This document shows positions 29,494 through 38,034 of a stretch of 64,000 nt of DNA, piece by piece. The notes under the pieces are model-generated. The model was not told the DNA's origin, did not search any database, and saw only the letters and a list, made by a program, of their open reading frames with translations. This DNA comes from a virus, in IMG/VR virus record IMGVR_UViG_3300035698_007246, positions 1 to 64,000 of that record. One strand, written 5' to 3'. Position 1 is the stretch's first letter, and each line of letters starts with the position of its first letter. The position numbers and the translations under genes are program-made.

Positions 29494-29895
29494 ATGTTAA
29501 GTGGAATTTTAATTGTTTGTGGTTTGTGGTTTTTATTTTGGTTTAGTAATTATCTTCATACAAAATTACCTTCAAAATATATGGACGTTTGTTTTCTTGT
29601 GATGTGGGTATTGTTTATAGCTGGTTTGATGTTTACATTTGCAGTACCTTTGAATTATTATACTGCAATTGATAGAAAAATTGAAATGGAAACAACTCAG
29701 AAAGTGTTTGATGAATCAAGAGAACGATTTAAGAATAATGAAAGTCCTGCTGTGTGTTTAGAAGCTGTTGGTATCACTGAGAAGATTGCTGAATTGAATT
29801 CGAAATTAGCAAAATCTCAGTACTATGCAACTGAATCATTCTGGAGATTTTTCATGAATGTTGATGTGGTGATGTCAACAAAACCTATTAATTGA
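29494..29895 (+). CDS. membrane protein
   Basis: Two N-terminal TM helices. Start chosen after GAGGGAAAT RBS. Confidence 0.4.
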   Translation: MLSGILIVCGLWFLFWFSNYLHTKLPSKYMDVCFLVMWVLFIAGLMFTFAVPLNYYTAIDRKIEMETTQKVFDESRERFKNNESPAVCLEAVGITEKIAELNSKLAKSQYYATESFWRFFMNVDVVMSTKPIN

Positions 29896-30012
29896 GGATA
29901 TGATGATTTTTGAATTTGGTTTGACGTTGTGTCAGGTGTGGGTATTTTATATAGCATTACCTGTATTGGTTATATTTGGAACATTATATGTTCTTAGGAA
30001 AAGGAAAACAAA

Positions 30013-30828
30013 ATGAAAATTAATTTTTTAGGTGCTGGTTCTGCATTTACTATGAAGGGATTCCAAACGAATTTCCTCATACAAGAAAACGGAAAGAATT
30101 TATTGATTGACGCTGGTGGAGATATACGATTCTCCTTGGCTAAACAGGGATTATCATATAAAGATATTGATGCTCTGTATTTAAGTCATGAACACGGTGA
30201 CCATTGTGGTGGGGTAGAAACTCTTGCGTCCTGTACATACTTTGACCCAACTGTCAAGGATACTATTCAACTGTTTGGAAATACCAAACTGTTGAGAAAT
30301 ATGTGGAAGAGTACACTATCTGGTGGTTTGAAATCAATTCAAGGTAAGGTAATGGGGTTGGATGATTACTTTGATGTTAATATGATTCCACCTAACAAAC
30401 AGTTTATTTGGGAAGATATAAAATTTGAAATTGTACAATCCGTTCATGTTATGAATGGTCGTGAGATTGTACCATCATATGGGTTAATGATGACTACACC
30501 GGAAAAGGTGAAGGTATATTTCACAGGTGATACCCAATTCAATCCTAATCAGATTATAGATTTCTATGAGGAAGCTGATTTTATTATTCAGGATTGTGAA
30601 ACATATCCTTTTAAGTCTGGTGTTCATGCTCATGTTGAAGAGTTAAAGACATTACCAAAACACATAAAAGAAAAGATGTTGCTTGTTCATATCAATGATA
30701 ATGTCCTTGATGATAATGGTGTTGTAAGTGCTGATTTTATGAACAAGGTCAGTGACTTTTATAGCGTTGCTTGTACAGGATTTGAAGTTGAAATGGCTAT
30801 TATAAAAAAAATAAAAGATAAGTCTTGA
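30013..30828 (+). CDS. metallo-beta-lactamase-fold hydrolase (possible phosphodiesterase)
   Basis: SHEHGDHCGG (HxHxDH). Later H and D residues in MBL order. Confidence 0.5.
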   Translation: MKINFLGAGSAFTMKGFQTNFLIQENGKNLLIDAGGDIRFSLAKQGLSYKDIDALYLSHEHGDHCGGVETLASCTYFDPTVKDTIQLFGNTKLLRNMWKSTLSGGLKSIQGKVMGLDDYFDVNMIPPNKQFIWEDIKFEIVQSVHVMNGREIVPSYGLMMTTPEKVKVYFTGDTQFNPNQIIDFYEEADFIIQDCETYPFKSGVHAHVEELKTLPKHIKEKMLLVHINDNVLDDNGVVSADFMNKVSDFYSVACTGFEVEMAIIKKIKDKS

Positions 30829-30853
30829 CATCACATTTCCCATTAGCTATATT
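30825..30853 (+). promoter_or_regulatory. sigma70-like promoter (TTGACA-N17-TATATT)
   Basis: GTCTTGACATCACATTTCCCATTAGCTATATT. The -35 box overlaps the upstream stop codon. Confidence 0.55.
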
Positions 30854-30918
30854 GGGTTCGTAATAAAAAAGTTACAATTAAGTGACAAATTTTTAAAATT
30901 TTTTGATGGAGGTCGTTT

Positions 30919-31338
30919 ATGACAAATAAAACAATAGTAAGTAATGTATTTCTCGGTGGAACATGTGCAACCAGTCATTGGAGAGAGGACCTAATTCCAA
31001 TGCTTACTAAATCATATTTCAATCCTGTTGTTGATGATTGGACATCGGAATGTCAAGCTGAAGAAATCCGGCAACGTGAAACAGCAAACTTTTGTTTGTT
31101 TGTAATCACTCCTAATCTTGAAGGTTTCTTTTCAATTGCAGAAGTAATTGATGATAGCAACAAACATCCAGAGAAAACAATCTTCTGTGTTCTTCAATCT
31201 GATAGTAAACATGGTGAAGCAACTGAATTCAATGTAAAACAATTAAAATCATTACAAGCTGTTGGAGAGATGGTTCTACGTAATGGTGGTATATGGTGTA
31301 AGAATTTAGAAGAAGTTGCAGCTTGTTTAAATACATAA
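30919..31338 (+). CDS. hypothetical protein
   Basis: 139-aa ORF after GGAGG RBS. No clear motif. Confidence 0.4.
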   Translation: MTNKTIVSNVFLGGTCATSHWREDLIPMLTKSYFNPVVDDWTSECQAEEIRQRETANFCLFVITPNLEGFFSIAEVIDDSNKHPEKTIFCVLQSDSKHGEATEFNVKQLKSLQAVGEMVLRNGGIWCKNLEEVAACLNT

Positions 31339-31400
31339 AATTTTAGGGGAGAAATCCCCAACACCGGAAGGTAAGATGGAAAAAAAGAAAGAGGATTATT

Positions 31401-31715
31401 GTGCGAGAACTACTTGATGAATTGAATTTGCTTGAAGCTGAAGCAAATGAAGACAAGTTGATATGTGATGGGTGTAATGATGTACATCCAGAACTATTTA
31501 CATTGACGGTTAAAGAGAAAACTATTCTTATATGTGAACAGTGTAAAGAAAGTTTATCAGGAATAATAGATAATGAAAACAAAGAAACTGTTCATCAAAT
31601 AGCTTCTGATATGTTTAATGATATTTTTAATTCAAGAATACAAAATAACAGTTCTGGTGATGGTGGTTCTGGATATGATACTGCCCGGTACACTGAAGAC
31701 CATATGGATTGTTAG
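31401..31715 (+). CDS. zinc-ribbon protein
   Basis: CDGCNDVHP...CEQCKE cysteine pairs. GTG start after AAGAGGA RBS. Confidence 0.35.
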   Translation: MRELLDELNLLEAEANEDKLICDGCNDVHPELFTLTVKEKTILICEQCKESLSGIIDNENKETVHQIASDMFNDIFNSRIQNNSSGDGGSGYDTARYTEDHMDC

Positions 31716-31799
31716 GAGAATAAATGATTGAAGATTTAACAACAGATGATTTAGTTGTAATTAGAGATACACCTGTAAAAATAAAAAGAAAACGGAATA

Positions 31800-32426
31800 A
31801 TGGTAACTAAAAAGAATATATGGTATATTGCGGATTTACACTGGGACCACAGACGAATCATTGATTTAAGTGATAGACCATTTCATGATTTAAACCATAT
31901 GCAACATACCATTATTGATAACTGGAATAAAGTCGTTAATGATAGAGATGATGTATATGTGTTGGGTGATACGTGTTTTAGGGTTGATATGTTATTGAAA
32001 TTATTAGGAAAGTTAAATGGACATATTCATTTACTTAGAGGGAATCATGATTATGATGCGGTATCTAAACTTGATAAAGAGTATAAATTTGATAATATAA
32101 TAATTCATCAACAAGATATTGTTATTATAAAAGATGGTAATCGTGGAGTTGTCTTATGTCATTATCCAATTTTTGAATGGATTAAGTGGTATAATGGATA
32201 TTATCATATATTTGCCCACATTCATGGTAATATTAATGGTAATGAAAATAAATCACGAAGTTTTAGACTAAGAGCATATGATGCTGGTGTTGATGTTAAT
32301 AATTATACACCAACAACATTAGATGAATTTATAAATAGAAAATTAACATGTAGTGAATGTATGCATTTTTCTGTTTGTAAATATTCAGATGAAATCAATA
32401 GACATCAGTGTACGTATTTGAAATAG
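31800..32426 (+). CDS. metallophosphoesterase (calcineurin-like)
   Basis: ADLHWDH, LGDTCF (GDxx), RGNHD (GNHD/E). Confidence 0.5.
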   Translation: MVTKKNIWYIADLHWDHRRIIDLSDRPFHDLNHMQHTIIDNWNKVVNDRDDVYVLGDTCFRVDMLLKLLGKLNGHIHLLRGNHDYDAVSKLDKEYKFDNIIIHQQDIVIIKDGNRGVVLCHYPIFEWIKWYNGYYHIFAHIHGNINGNENKSRSFRLRAYDAGVDVNNYTPTTLDEFINRKLTCSECMHFSVCKYSDEINRHQCTYLK

Positions 32427-32486
32427 AAAGGTATTTTGGTGGTTGGAATTGGTATAATTGTAAGAATGTAATTAAGGAGAAAAGAA

Positions 32487-32822
32487 ATGATTTTAGAAAT
32501 TGACCCGGATAGACCGGAAATGTTTGATGAGAAGGTATTAACTGTGGAGTTTGCTATTGTAGATTTCCACGCTTCTTGGTGTGCCCCATGTAAGATATTT
32601 AAAAAGATATTTATTAGGTTTGCAGAAAAATTAAAAGCATATCCACAGATTAAGTTATTCACTATCAACAGTGATAAACACCCGGAGATTTGCTACAAGT
32701 ATAATGTTGCTTCCGTACCAACGCTTATATATTTTAAAAATGGTCGTGTGTTTAAATCCGTTTCAGGGATACAAACTGAAGAGCAGATGGTTGTTGCTAT
32801 TAATGAAATGAAAAAGTCTTAG
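32487..32822 (+). CDS. trx: thioredoxin
   Basis: WCAPCK active-site motif (WCxPC). Size 111 aa. AAGGAGAAAAG RBS. Confidence 0.7.
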   Translation: MILEIDPDRPEMFDEKVLTVEFAIVDFHASWCAPCKIFKKIFIRFAEKLKAYPQIKLFTINSDKHPEICYKYNVASVPTLIYFKNGRVFKSVSGIQTEEQMVVAINEMKKS

Positions 32823-32837
32823 AAAGAGTGGATTGAT

Positions 32838-33470
32838 ATGAAAGCTGCATTGATTCCTTGGAGTGGTGGATTGGACTCAACATATTCAGTGTTGACATAT
32901 CTTAAAAAAGGATACCGAGTTGACGCCCCATATTTCACCATTCAAAACAATGACAGAAAAGTTAAATGTGAAATAGAAACCATTAAAAGATTCAGAGATA
33001 TGGAACCATTCAAAACATATATCGACAATGGTAAATTGTGTGTGTATGAAAGTTCATCAGTTGAAATTTTAACAGACAGTGATTGTGTTGTTGAATTAAC
33101 TCAACCTCCTATATGGTTACTTGCTTCATTTTTTTGTGTTGGGTGGAGAAAACCTGTTGATGAATTGGTGATATCATATGTTTTGAATGATTGTGCCGTT
33201 TCATATGTTGATGATTTGAGACGTGTGTGGGAATCGTTGAGAGGGTTTGTTGGAATTGAAAATAGAAAACATTACCCGGAATTAAAATTTCCATTATTGA
33301 AAACGAATAAATTGAATATCATAGATGGTTATATAAATCAATTTGATAATGGGCATGATATATTGAATAATGTTTGGTGGTGTGAAAATCCAGAGGATGG
33401 AAAACTTTGTGGTTCTTGCACTCCTTGTAAAAGATATAAGGAAATATCTTACTTTGATGATAAATTTTAG
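32838..33470 (+). CDS. PP-loop ATP pyrophosphatase, QueC-like (7-cyano-7-deazaguanine synthase family, tentative)
   Basis: SGGLDST PP-loop near N-terminus. C-terminal Cys cluster CGSCTPC as in QueC zinc site. Confidence 0.4.
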   Translation: MKAALIPWSGGLDSTYSVLTYLKKGYRVDAPYFTIQNNDRKVKCEIETIKRFRDMEPFKTYIDNGKLCVYESSSVEILTDSDCVVELTQPPIWLLASFFCVGWRKPVDELVISYVLNDCAVSYVDDLRRVWESLRGFVGIENRKHYPELKFPLLKTNKLNIIDGYINQFDNGHDILNNVWWCENPEDGKLCGSCTPCKRYKEISYFDDKF

Positions 33471-33510
33471 TTTTCTTTAAAAAGAATTTAAATTTTAATT
33501 AAAAAAACTC

Positions 33511-33539
33511 TTGACTTCGATATGAACATAACATATCTT
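33511..33539 (+). promoter_or_regulatory. sigma70-like promoter (TTGACT, weaker -10)
   Basis: CTCTTGACTTCGATATGAACATAACATATCTT. Confidence 0.4.
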
Positions 33540-33581
33540 TAAAGCGTAATTAAAATTTAAATTCTTTCAAGGGAGATTCAA

Positions 33582-34451
33582 ATGAATAACAACACAAAAG
33601 TAAAATTCGAAGACCGTATAGACACTGCACAAGAAGCACTTGAAGCTGCTGGTTTGAATTATACTGTTGCACAAGCTGAAATTATGAACACTACTACTGG
33701 TACTGTTTCTGATAAATGTAAGTCTTTGTATCGCACTGATACAAATCAAGAGCTTGGTATTGTTGGTAAAAAATATGAACCGGTTCAAAACCACAAAGCA
33801 TTCTCCTACTTCGACACTATTTGTGAAATGCATGGTGCTCGATATTCTGAAGCAATCTCTTTCAATGGTGGAGAGAAAGTAATCCTCAAAGCTGAATTCC
33901 CCCGTCCAGAAGTTGTTGGTCGCAATGATGAGATTAAGAAACAATTCTGTCTTATCAATGGTTTCAATGGTGGTGTTGGAGTCATGGCTACATTTATGGT
34001 CAATAGGCTTATATGTTCTAACGGTCTTCGTGGTACGGTTCGTGACGCAAAGAATTCATTTCGATTCAAACATACTACTAATGTAAATTTTCGTATGGAA
34101 GAGGCTCTCAAGGTACTTGCTGCTGGAACTGATTATTTTAATCAATTCATACGTATGGCAAATGAATTGACACAGAAACAAATTGATTCTGCAATGGTTG
34201 ATAAGTTTTTGGTAAGTGTATTTGGTGACCCTCAATCAACACGTGGTGCAAATAAACAGGAAGAGATTAAAGGGTACATTGAAAGTGGTATTGGTAACTC
34301 TGGAAGCACTGCATGGGATTTATATAATGGTGTAACTGAGTATGTGAGTCATCATCATGGCAAAGATGAAATGAAACGTCTTGAGTATGCTAACTTTGGT
34401 GCTGGTGTTCAACTTTCTGAAACTGCATTTAAAGTTGCGTATAATCTTTAA
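33582..34451 (+). CDS. hypothetical protein
   Basis: 289-aa ORF with strong GGGAGA RBS. Own promoter and terminator, which suggests high expression. Confidence 0.5.
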   Translation: MNNNTKVKFEDRIDTAQEALEAAGLNYTVAQAEIMNTTTGTVSDKCKSLYRTDTNQELGIVGKKYEPVQNHKAFSYFDTICEMHGARYSEAISFNGGEKVILKAEFPRPEVVGRNDEIKKQFCLINGFNGGVGVMATFMVNRLICSNGLRGTVRDAKNSFRFKHTTNVNFRMEEALKVLAAGTDYFNQFIRMANELTQKQIDSAMVDKFLVSVFGDPQSTRGANKQEEIKGYIESGIGNSGSTAWDLYNGVTEYVSHHHGKDEMKRLEYANFGAGVQLSETAFKVAYNL

Positions 34452-34455
34452 TTCA

Positions 34456-34480
34456 AAGGGGAGCAATCCCCTATTTTAAT
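34456..34480 (+). terminator. rho-independent terminator
   Basis: AGGGGAGCAATCCCCT followed by ATTTT. Confidence 0.5.
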
Positions 34481-34528
34481 TGGGAGGTGCAATATGTCAA
34501 ATTTTTTAAAAACATTGGAACCATTATT

Positions 34529-34714
34529 ATGAAAAGAAAAAAATTATTAAATACAAAAATTAAATGCAATTCCTGTAAAAAGGAATTCGCGTATACTGGT
34601 AAGACTGGTGATATTCAATTTAGACCGTATCCATATATGGTAGAAATAGAAGGTGATAACACCAAATTTTGGTTATGTGATGATTGTTGTAATAGAAATG
34701 CTGAGGAAATATGA
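34529..34714 (+). CDS. small zinc-ribbon protein
   Basis: CNSCKKE...CDDCC cysteine pairs. Confidence 0.35.
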   Translation: MKRKKLLNTKIKCNSCKKEFAYTGKTGDIQFRPYPYMVEIEGDNTKFWLCDDCCNRNAEEI

Positions 34715-34995
34715 AAAAACACACAATAGAATGTACTCGAATTATAGTTATGTTAATATCATTGATATTTTATTTGGTTGTGATTGCGTGGAGAATGGAT
34801 GGTGTTGACTTATCAATGATGAATTTGGCATGTGGGGCACCAACGATGTTCTACTTGATGTTTGTGGTAACAAAGAATCGGGAACCGTATCATATATTTT
34901 CTTGTCTGTTAGGGATTCCGTTGTTTATGTTTATGGTAATTGATGTTTTAATTTTAACAATAACAGGTAGTTGGAAAACTACATTGGGGGTGTAA
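34711..34995 (+). CDS. membrane protein
   Basis: Three hydrophobic helices. ATGA coupling. Confidence 0.4.
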   Translation: MKKHTIECTRIIVMLISLIFYLVVIAWRMDGVDLSMMNLACGAPTMFYLMFVVTKNREPYHIFSCLLGIPLFMFMVIDVLILTITGSWKTTLGV

Positions 34996-34999
34996 AGAT

Positions 35000-35209
35000 A
35001 TGAGTAAATTAAATGAAAATGAATTTAAAGAAGTAACTAAAACATTTATAAACAGATTGAGTAATGAAATGTCAACCGCAGGGTGTAATGATTTGGATGA
35101 TGATGAATTTCCTACAACTGTTTGTGAGAAGTTTGATTCTGATTTTGAGTTATTATACGAGTGGAGTAGTATGATAGTTAAACAAAAGGAATTAAAAGAT
35201 GAAAAATGA
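35000..35209 (+). CDS. small acidic protein
   Basis: 69-aa ORF. Confidence 0.35.
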   Translation: MSKLNENEFKEVTKTFINRLSNEMSTAGCNDLDDDEFPTTVCEKFDSDFELLYEWSSMIVKQKELKDEK

Positions 35210-35942
35210 TAGTTTAGGTGATAGAATGAAGGGATATGAACACATATCCAGAATATTATTAACTCGTAGAATGCCACTCATCATCCGTGTGGATGGAAAA
35301 GCGTTCCACTCATTGACAAAGAAAATGGATAAACCATATGATATCACGTTTAGTCACTGCATGATGAGGACTGCACGTTTTCTTCTTGAGAACATTATGG
35401 GTGCAAAGCTCGCTTATGTTCAATCAGATGAGATTTCTGTATTGTTGACAGACTACGATTCATTGTCAACAGAGCCTTGGTTTCAAAAGAATATACAGAA
35501 AATCGTTAGTGTGTCTGCAAGTATGGCGACCATGAAATTTAATGAGTTGTATCGTACACATGTTCATTCATCAAAGAAAGTCAAAGATTATGGATTGTTT
35601 GATTCCAGAGTATTTGTTATTCCGAAGGAAGAGGTGTGTAATTATTTTATTTTTCGACAGCAAGACGCTGTTCGTAATTCCATTCAGGGATTAGGGCAAG
35701 CTCATTTCTCTCACAAAGAACTTCAAGGAAAGTCTTGTAATGCGATTCAGGATATGCTGATGGTTGATAAGAAAATCAATTGGAATGATATAAGCCCATA
35801 TTTTAAACGTGGTGGGTGTTTCTATCGCAACTTAAGCATTGATACTGATGAAAATACAAACAATGTTGTTACTGATGTTGCACCTCCGACATTCACACAA
35901 GACCGTGATTATATTGAGAAGTATTTGTTTCTCGAAAAATAA
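35199..35942 (+). CDS. Thg1-like protein (tRNA-His guanylyltransferase family, 3'-5' nucleotidyltransferase)
   Basis: N-terminal GYEHISRILLTRRMPLIIRVDGKAFHSLTKKMDKPYD ... AYVQSDEISVLL matches the Thg1/TLP palm-domain landmarks (RIDG+FH, carboxylate-bearing SDE). Confidence 0.55.
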   Translation: MKNDSLGDRMKGYEHISRILLTRRMPLIIRVDGKAFHSLTKKMDKPYDITFSHCMMRTARFLLENIMGAKLAYVQSDEISVLLTDYDSLSTEPWFQKNIQKIVSVSASMATMKFNELYRTHVHSSKKVKDYGLFDSRVFVIPKEEVCNYFIFRQQDAVRNSIQGLGQAHFSHKELQGKSCNAIQDMLMVDKKINWNDISPYFKRGGCFYRNLSIDTDENTNNVVTDVAPPTFTQDRDYIEKYLFLEK

Positions 35943-35945
35943 CAC

Positions 35946-35974
35946 TTGACAAGACTTGTACCATTAATTATATT
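35946..35974 (+). promoter_or_regulatory. sigma70-like promoter (TTGACA-N17-TATATT)
   Basis: CACTTGACAAGACTTGTACCATTAATTATATT. Confidence 0.55.
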
Positions 35975-36005
35975 GGTAGGGTAAATTAAATTGAAAGGAA
36001 TTATT

Positions 36006-36338
36006 ATGAATAAAAAGTTATTAGGGTTTTACATTTTTTTGGCGTTGGTTATTTTGAATGCTTCATATAAATCATTCATGGCTCCATCTTTAAATGAAAT
36101 ATCAATCACAAATTTAACAAAAGAATTGAAAGAATTGAAAGAAACAGTTGTTACTATTAAAAAAGAAGCACATGTTATTAAAGAGATGTCTTACTTTGAA
36201 GGTCAACGTGACGCTATTACTGGAGATATTCGTATTGAGGAAATTGAAAAAGGAACCGGGAAATATAAATGGGGTAAATCACCGTGGGATAGCGGTGAAA
36301 GTCCAGTATATAAAATAGATGAGAAATTAACTAATTAA
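36006..36338 (+). CDS. membrane-anchored protein
   Basis: AAAGGA RBS. N-terminal TM helix. Confidence 0.4.
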   Translation: MNKKLLGFYIFLALVILNASYKSFMAPSLNEISITNLTKELKELKETVVTIKKEAHVIKEMSYFEGQRDAITGDIRIEEIEKGTGKYKWGKSPWDSGESPVYKIDEKLTN

Positions 36339-36362
36339 ATAAATTAACAACGGAGGTTCTTT

Positions 36363-36989
36363 ATGAGACCAATTGTTTGGGTAGTTGATACTCAAAAAGA
36401 TTTTATTGATGAAGACGGAAAATTATCTGTGCCTGGTGCAGTTGATATAAGACAAAATATTCTTTCTACACTTTTGACAGCAGAAAAGTTTGATGTTTCT
36501 ATTTATGGAAGCGTGGACGCACATGAAAAAAATGATGTGGAATTTTTAGATTATCCAGTTCATTGTGTGATTGATACAGATGGTCAAAAGAATATACCTG
36601 AAAGTATTATCAGTCACCCGGATAACGTATACTATGTCCCAAACAATGGGCAGGGAGTTGACATGTCTTCGTTTGAAGGGGCACGTCAAGTGTACTTTGA
36701 GAAGCAGTGTGTCAATATATGGGATAAGTGTAAAGGACAGCCCGACAATATTCAAACGCTTCTCCGTATGACTGACATCACTGATGTGTATGTTGTTGGT
36801 GTGGCTACAGAACTATGTGTTCTTGAAGCTGTATTGGGTTTTCTTGCTCGTGACTATAACGTATTCGTTGTTGAAGACGCAACAAAAGGATTAAGTGTTG
36901 ACGGTGAAGTACAAGCTAAAGATAAAATGGCGTCTTTTGGAGCTGAGTTTATCACAACAAAACAATTAGAATGTATGTTTGACAAATAG
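36363..36989 (+). CDS. isochorismatase-family cysteine hydrolase (second copy)
   Basis: VWVVDTQKDFIDEDG (DxQxDF). VVGVATELCVLEA (nucleophile Cys). Confidence 0.5.
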   Translation: MRPIVWVVDTQKDFIDEDGKLSVPGAVDIRQNILSTLLTAEKFDVSIYGSVDAHEKNDVEFLDYPVHCVIDTDGQKNIPESIISHPDNVYYVPNNGQGVDMSSFEGARQVYFEKQCVNIWDKCKGQPDNIQTLLRMTDITDVYVVGVATELCVLEAVLGFLARDYNVFVVEDATKGLSVDGEVQAKDKMASFGAEFITTKQLECMFDK

Positions 36990-37015
36990 TGATAACTTTT
37001 TCAAAGGAGTATTAA

Positions 37016-37864
37016 ATGGATTATAAAAAAGTATATGAAAATATTCAAAATAATTTTAGACAGTATCTATTTAAGTCTGGATTGAAAGCCGTAGTCATTG
37101 GTGAGAGTGGTGGTCTTGATAGTGGTGCGATTAGTGCACTTGCTCGTCCGGTATGCGATGAGCTTGGTGTGAAACTTATTGGTAGATACATTGGAATTGA
37201 AACCAATGGTGATGACGAGTTAGAACGTGCTAATGCTATTGGTAAAGCCTTTTGTCATGATTATAAAGTAATTGATATGTCCCACATCTCTGTAGATTTG
37301 CGTACTTTCGTAGAAGAGATGGAAGGAATGGAAACTGATTTTAAAGCAATACCAAGAAAAATACGTAATGGTAATACTAAAGCCAGACTTCGTATGATTT
37401 ATCTTTACAATCTTGCTCAGTTACATGGTGGAATGGTTCTCAGTACAGATAATTTGACAGAGTTTATGTTAGGGTTTTGGACATTACATGGTGATGTTGG
37501 GGATTATGGGATGATTCAATATCTTAAGAAGACTGATGTGTTTGGTCTTGTTAAGTGGATTGCATTAAATGTCTGTGGTGGCACAGGTAGTGTTTGTCGC
37601 AATGTTTTACTTGCATGTTATGACGCAATACCAAAAGATGGTCTTGGTATTAGTAAATCTGATGTGGAGCAATTAGGTGCAGAAGATTATTATGAAGTTG
37701 ATGACGTTCTATATGGTTTTATTGACGCTGTGATTGATGATGACCTTGGTACGGCAGAGAAGTTGAAACCACATCCTGTTGTCCAAAGACATTTTGCGTC
37801 TCAATTCAAAAGGAGTAATCCATATAATATTCCAGAGGGTGAGCTTACACGGGGGGCAACATAA
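37016..37864 (+). CDS. nadE: NH3-dependent NAD+ synthetase (NadE-like)
   Basis: AVVIGESGGLDSGAISALA PP-loop in the NadE position. Length 282 aa. Confidence 0.55.
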   Translation: MDYKKVYENIQNNFRQYLFKSGLKAVVIGESGGLDSGAISALARPVCDELGVKLIGRYIGIETNGDDELERANAIGKAFCHDYKVIDMSHISVDLRTFVEEMEGMETDFKAIPRKIRNGNTKARLRMIYLYNLAQLHGGMVLSTDNLTEFMLGFWTLHGDVGDYGMIQYLKKTDVFGLVKWIALNVCGGTGSVCRNVLLACYDAIPKDGLGISKSDVEQLGAEDYYEVDDVLYGFIDAVIDDDLGTAEKLKPHPVVQRHFASQFKRSNPYNIPEGELTRGAT

Positions 37865-38034
37865 TGGGGAGAATTGGATTATACGGTGGGTCTTCAACAA
37901 TGATTCGTGAAGCAGTCTGGAACATGGAAACGAAGGGACTCCCACCAAAATTCTTTGATTGGTGTGATGTTAATGTGTTTACTCAAATTTATAACGAAAA
38001 ATTATATACACCTTGTAGTTAGGAAGTGGAAGAG

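Noticed and set aside
30919-31338. Possible NaMN adenylyltransferase (missing NadD step)
   Set aside because: I looked for the GxFxPxHxGH nucleotidyltransferase motif in this and other unassigned ORFs (44043-44627, 44664-45335) and did not find it. The NadD step remains unassigned.
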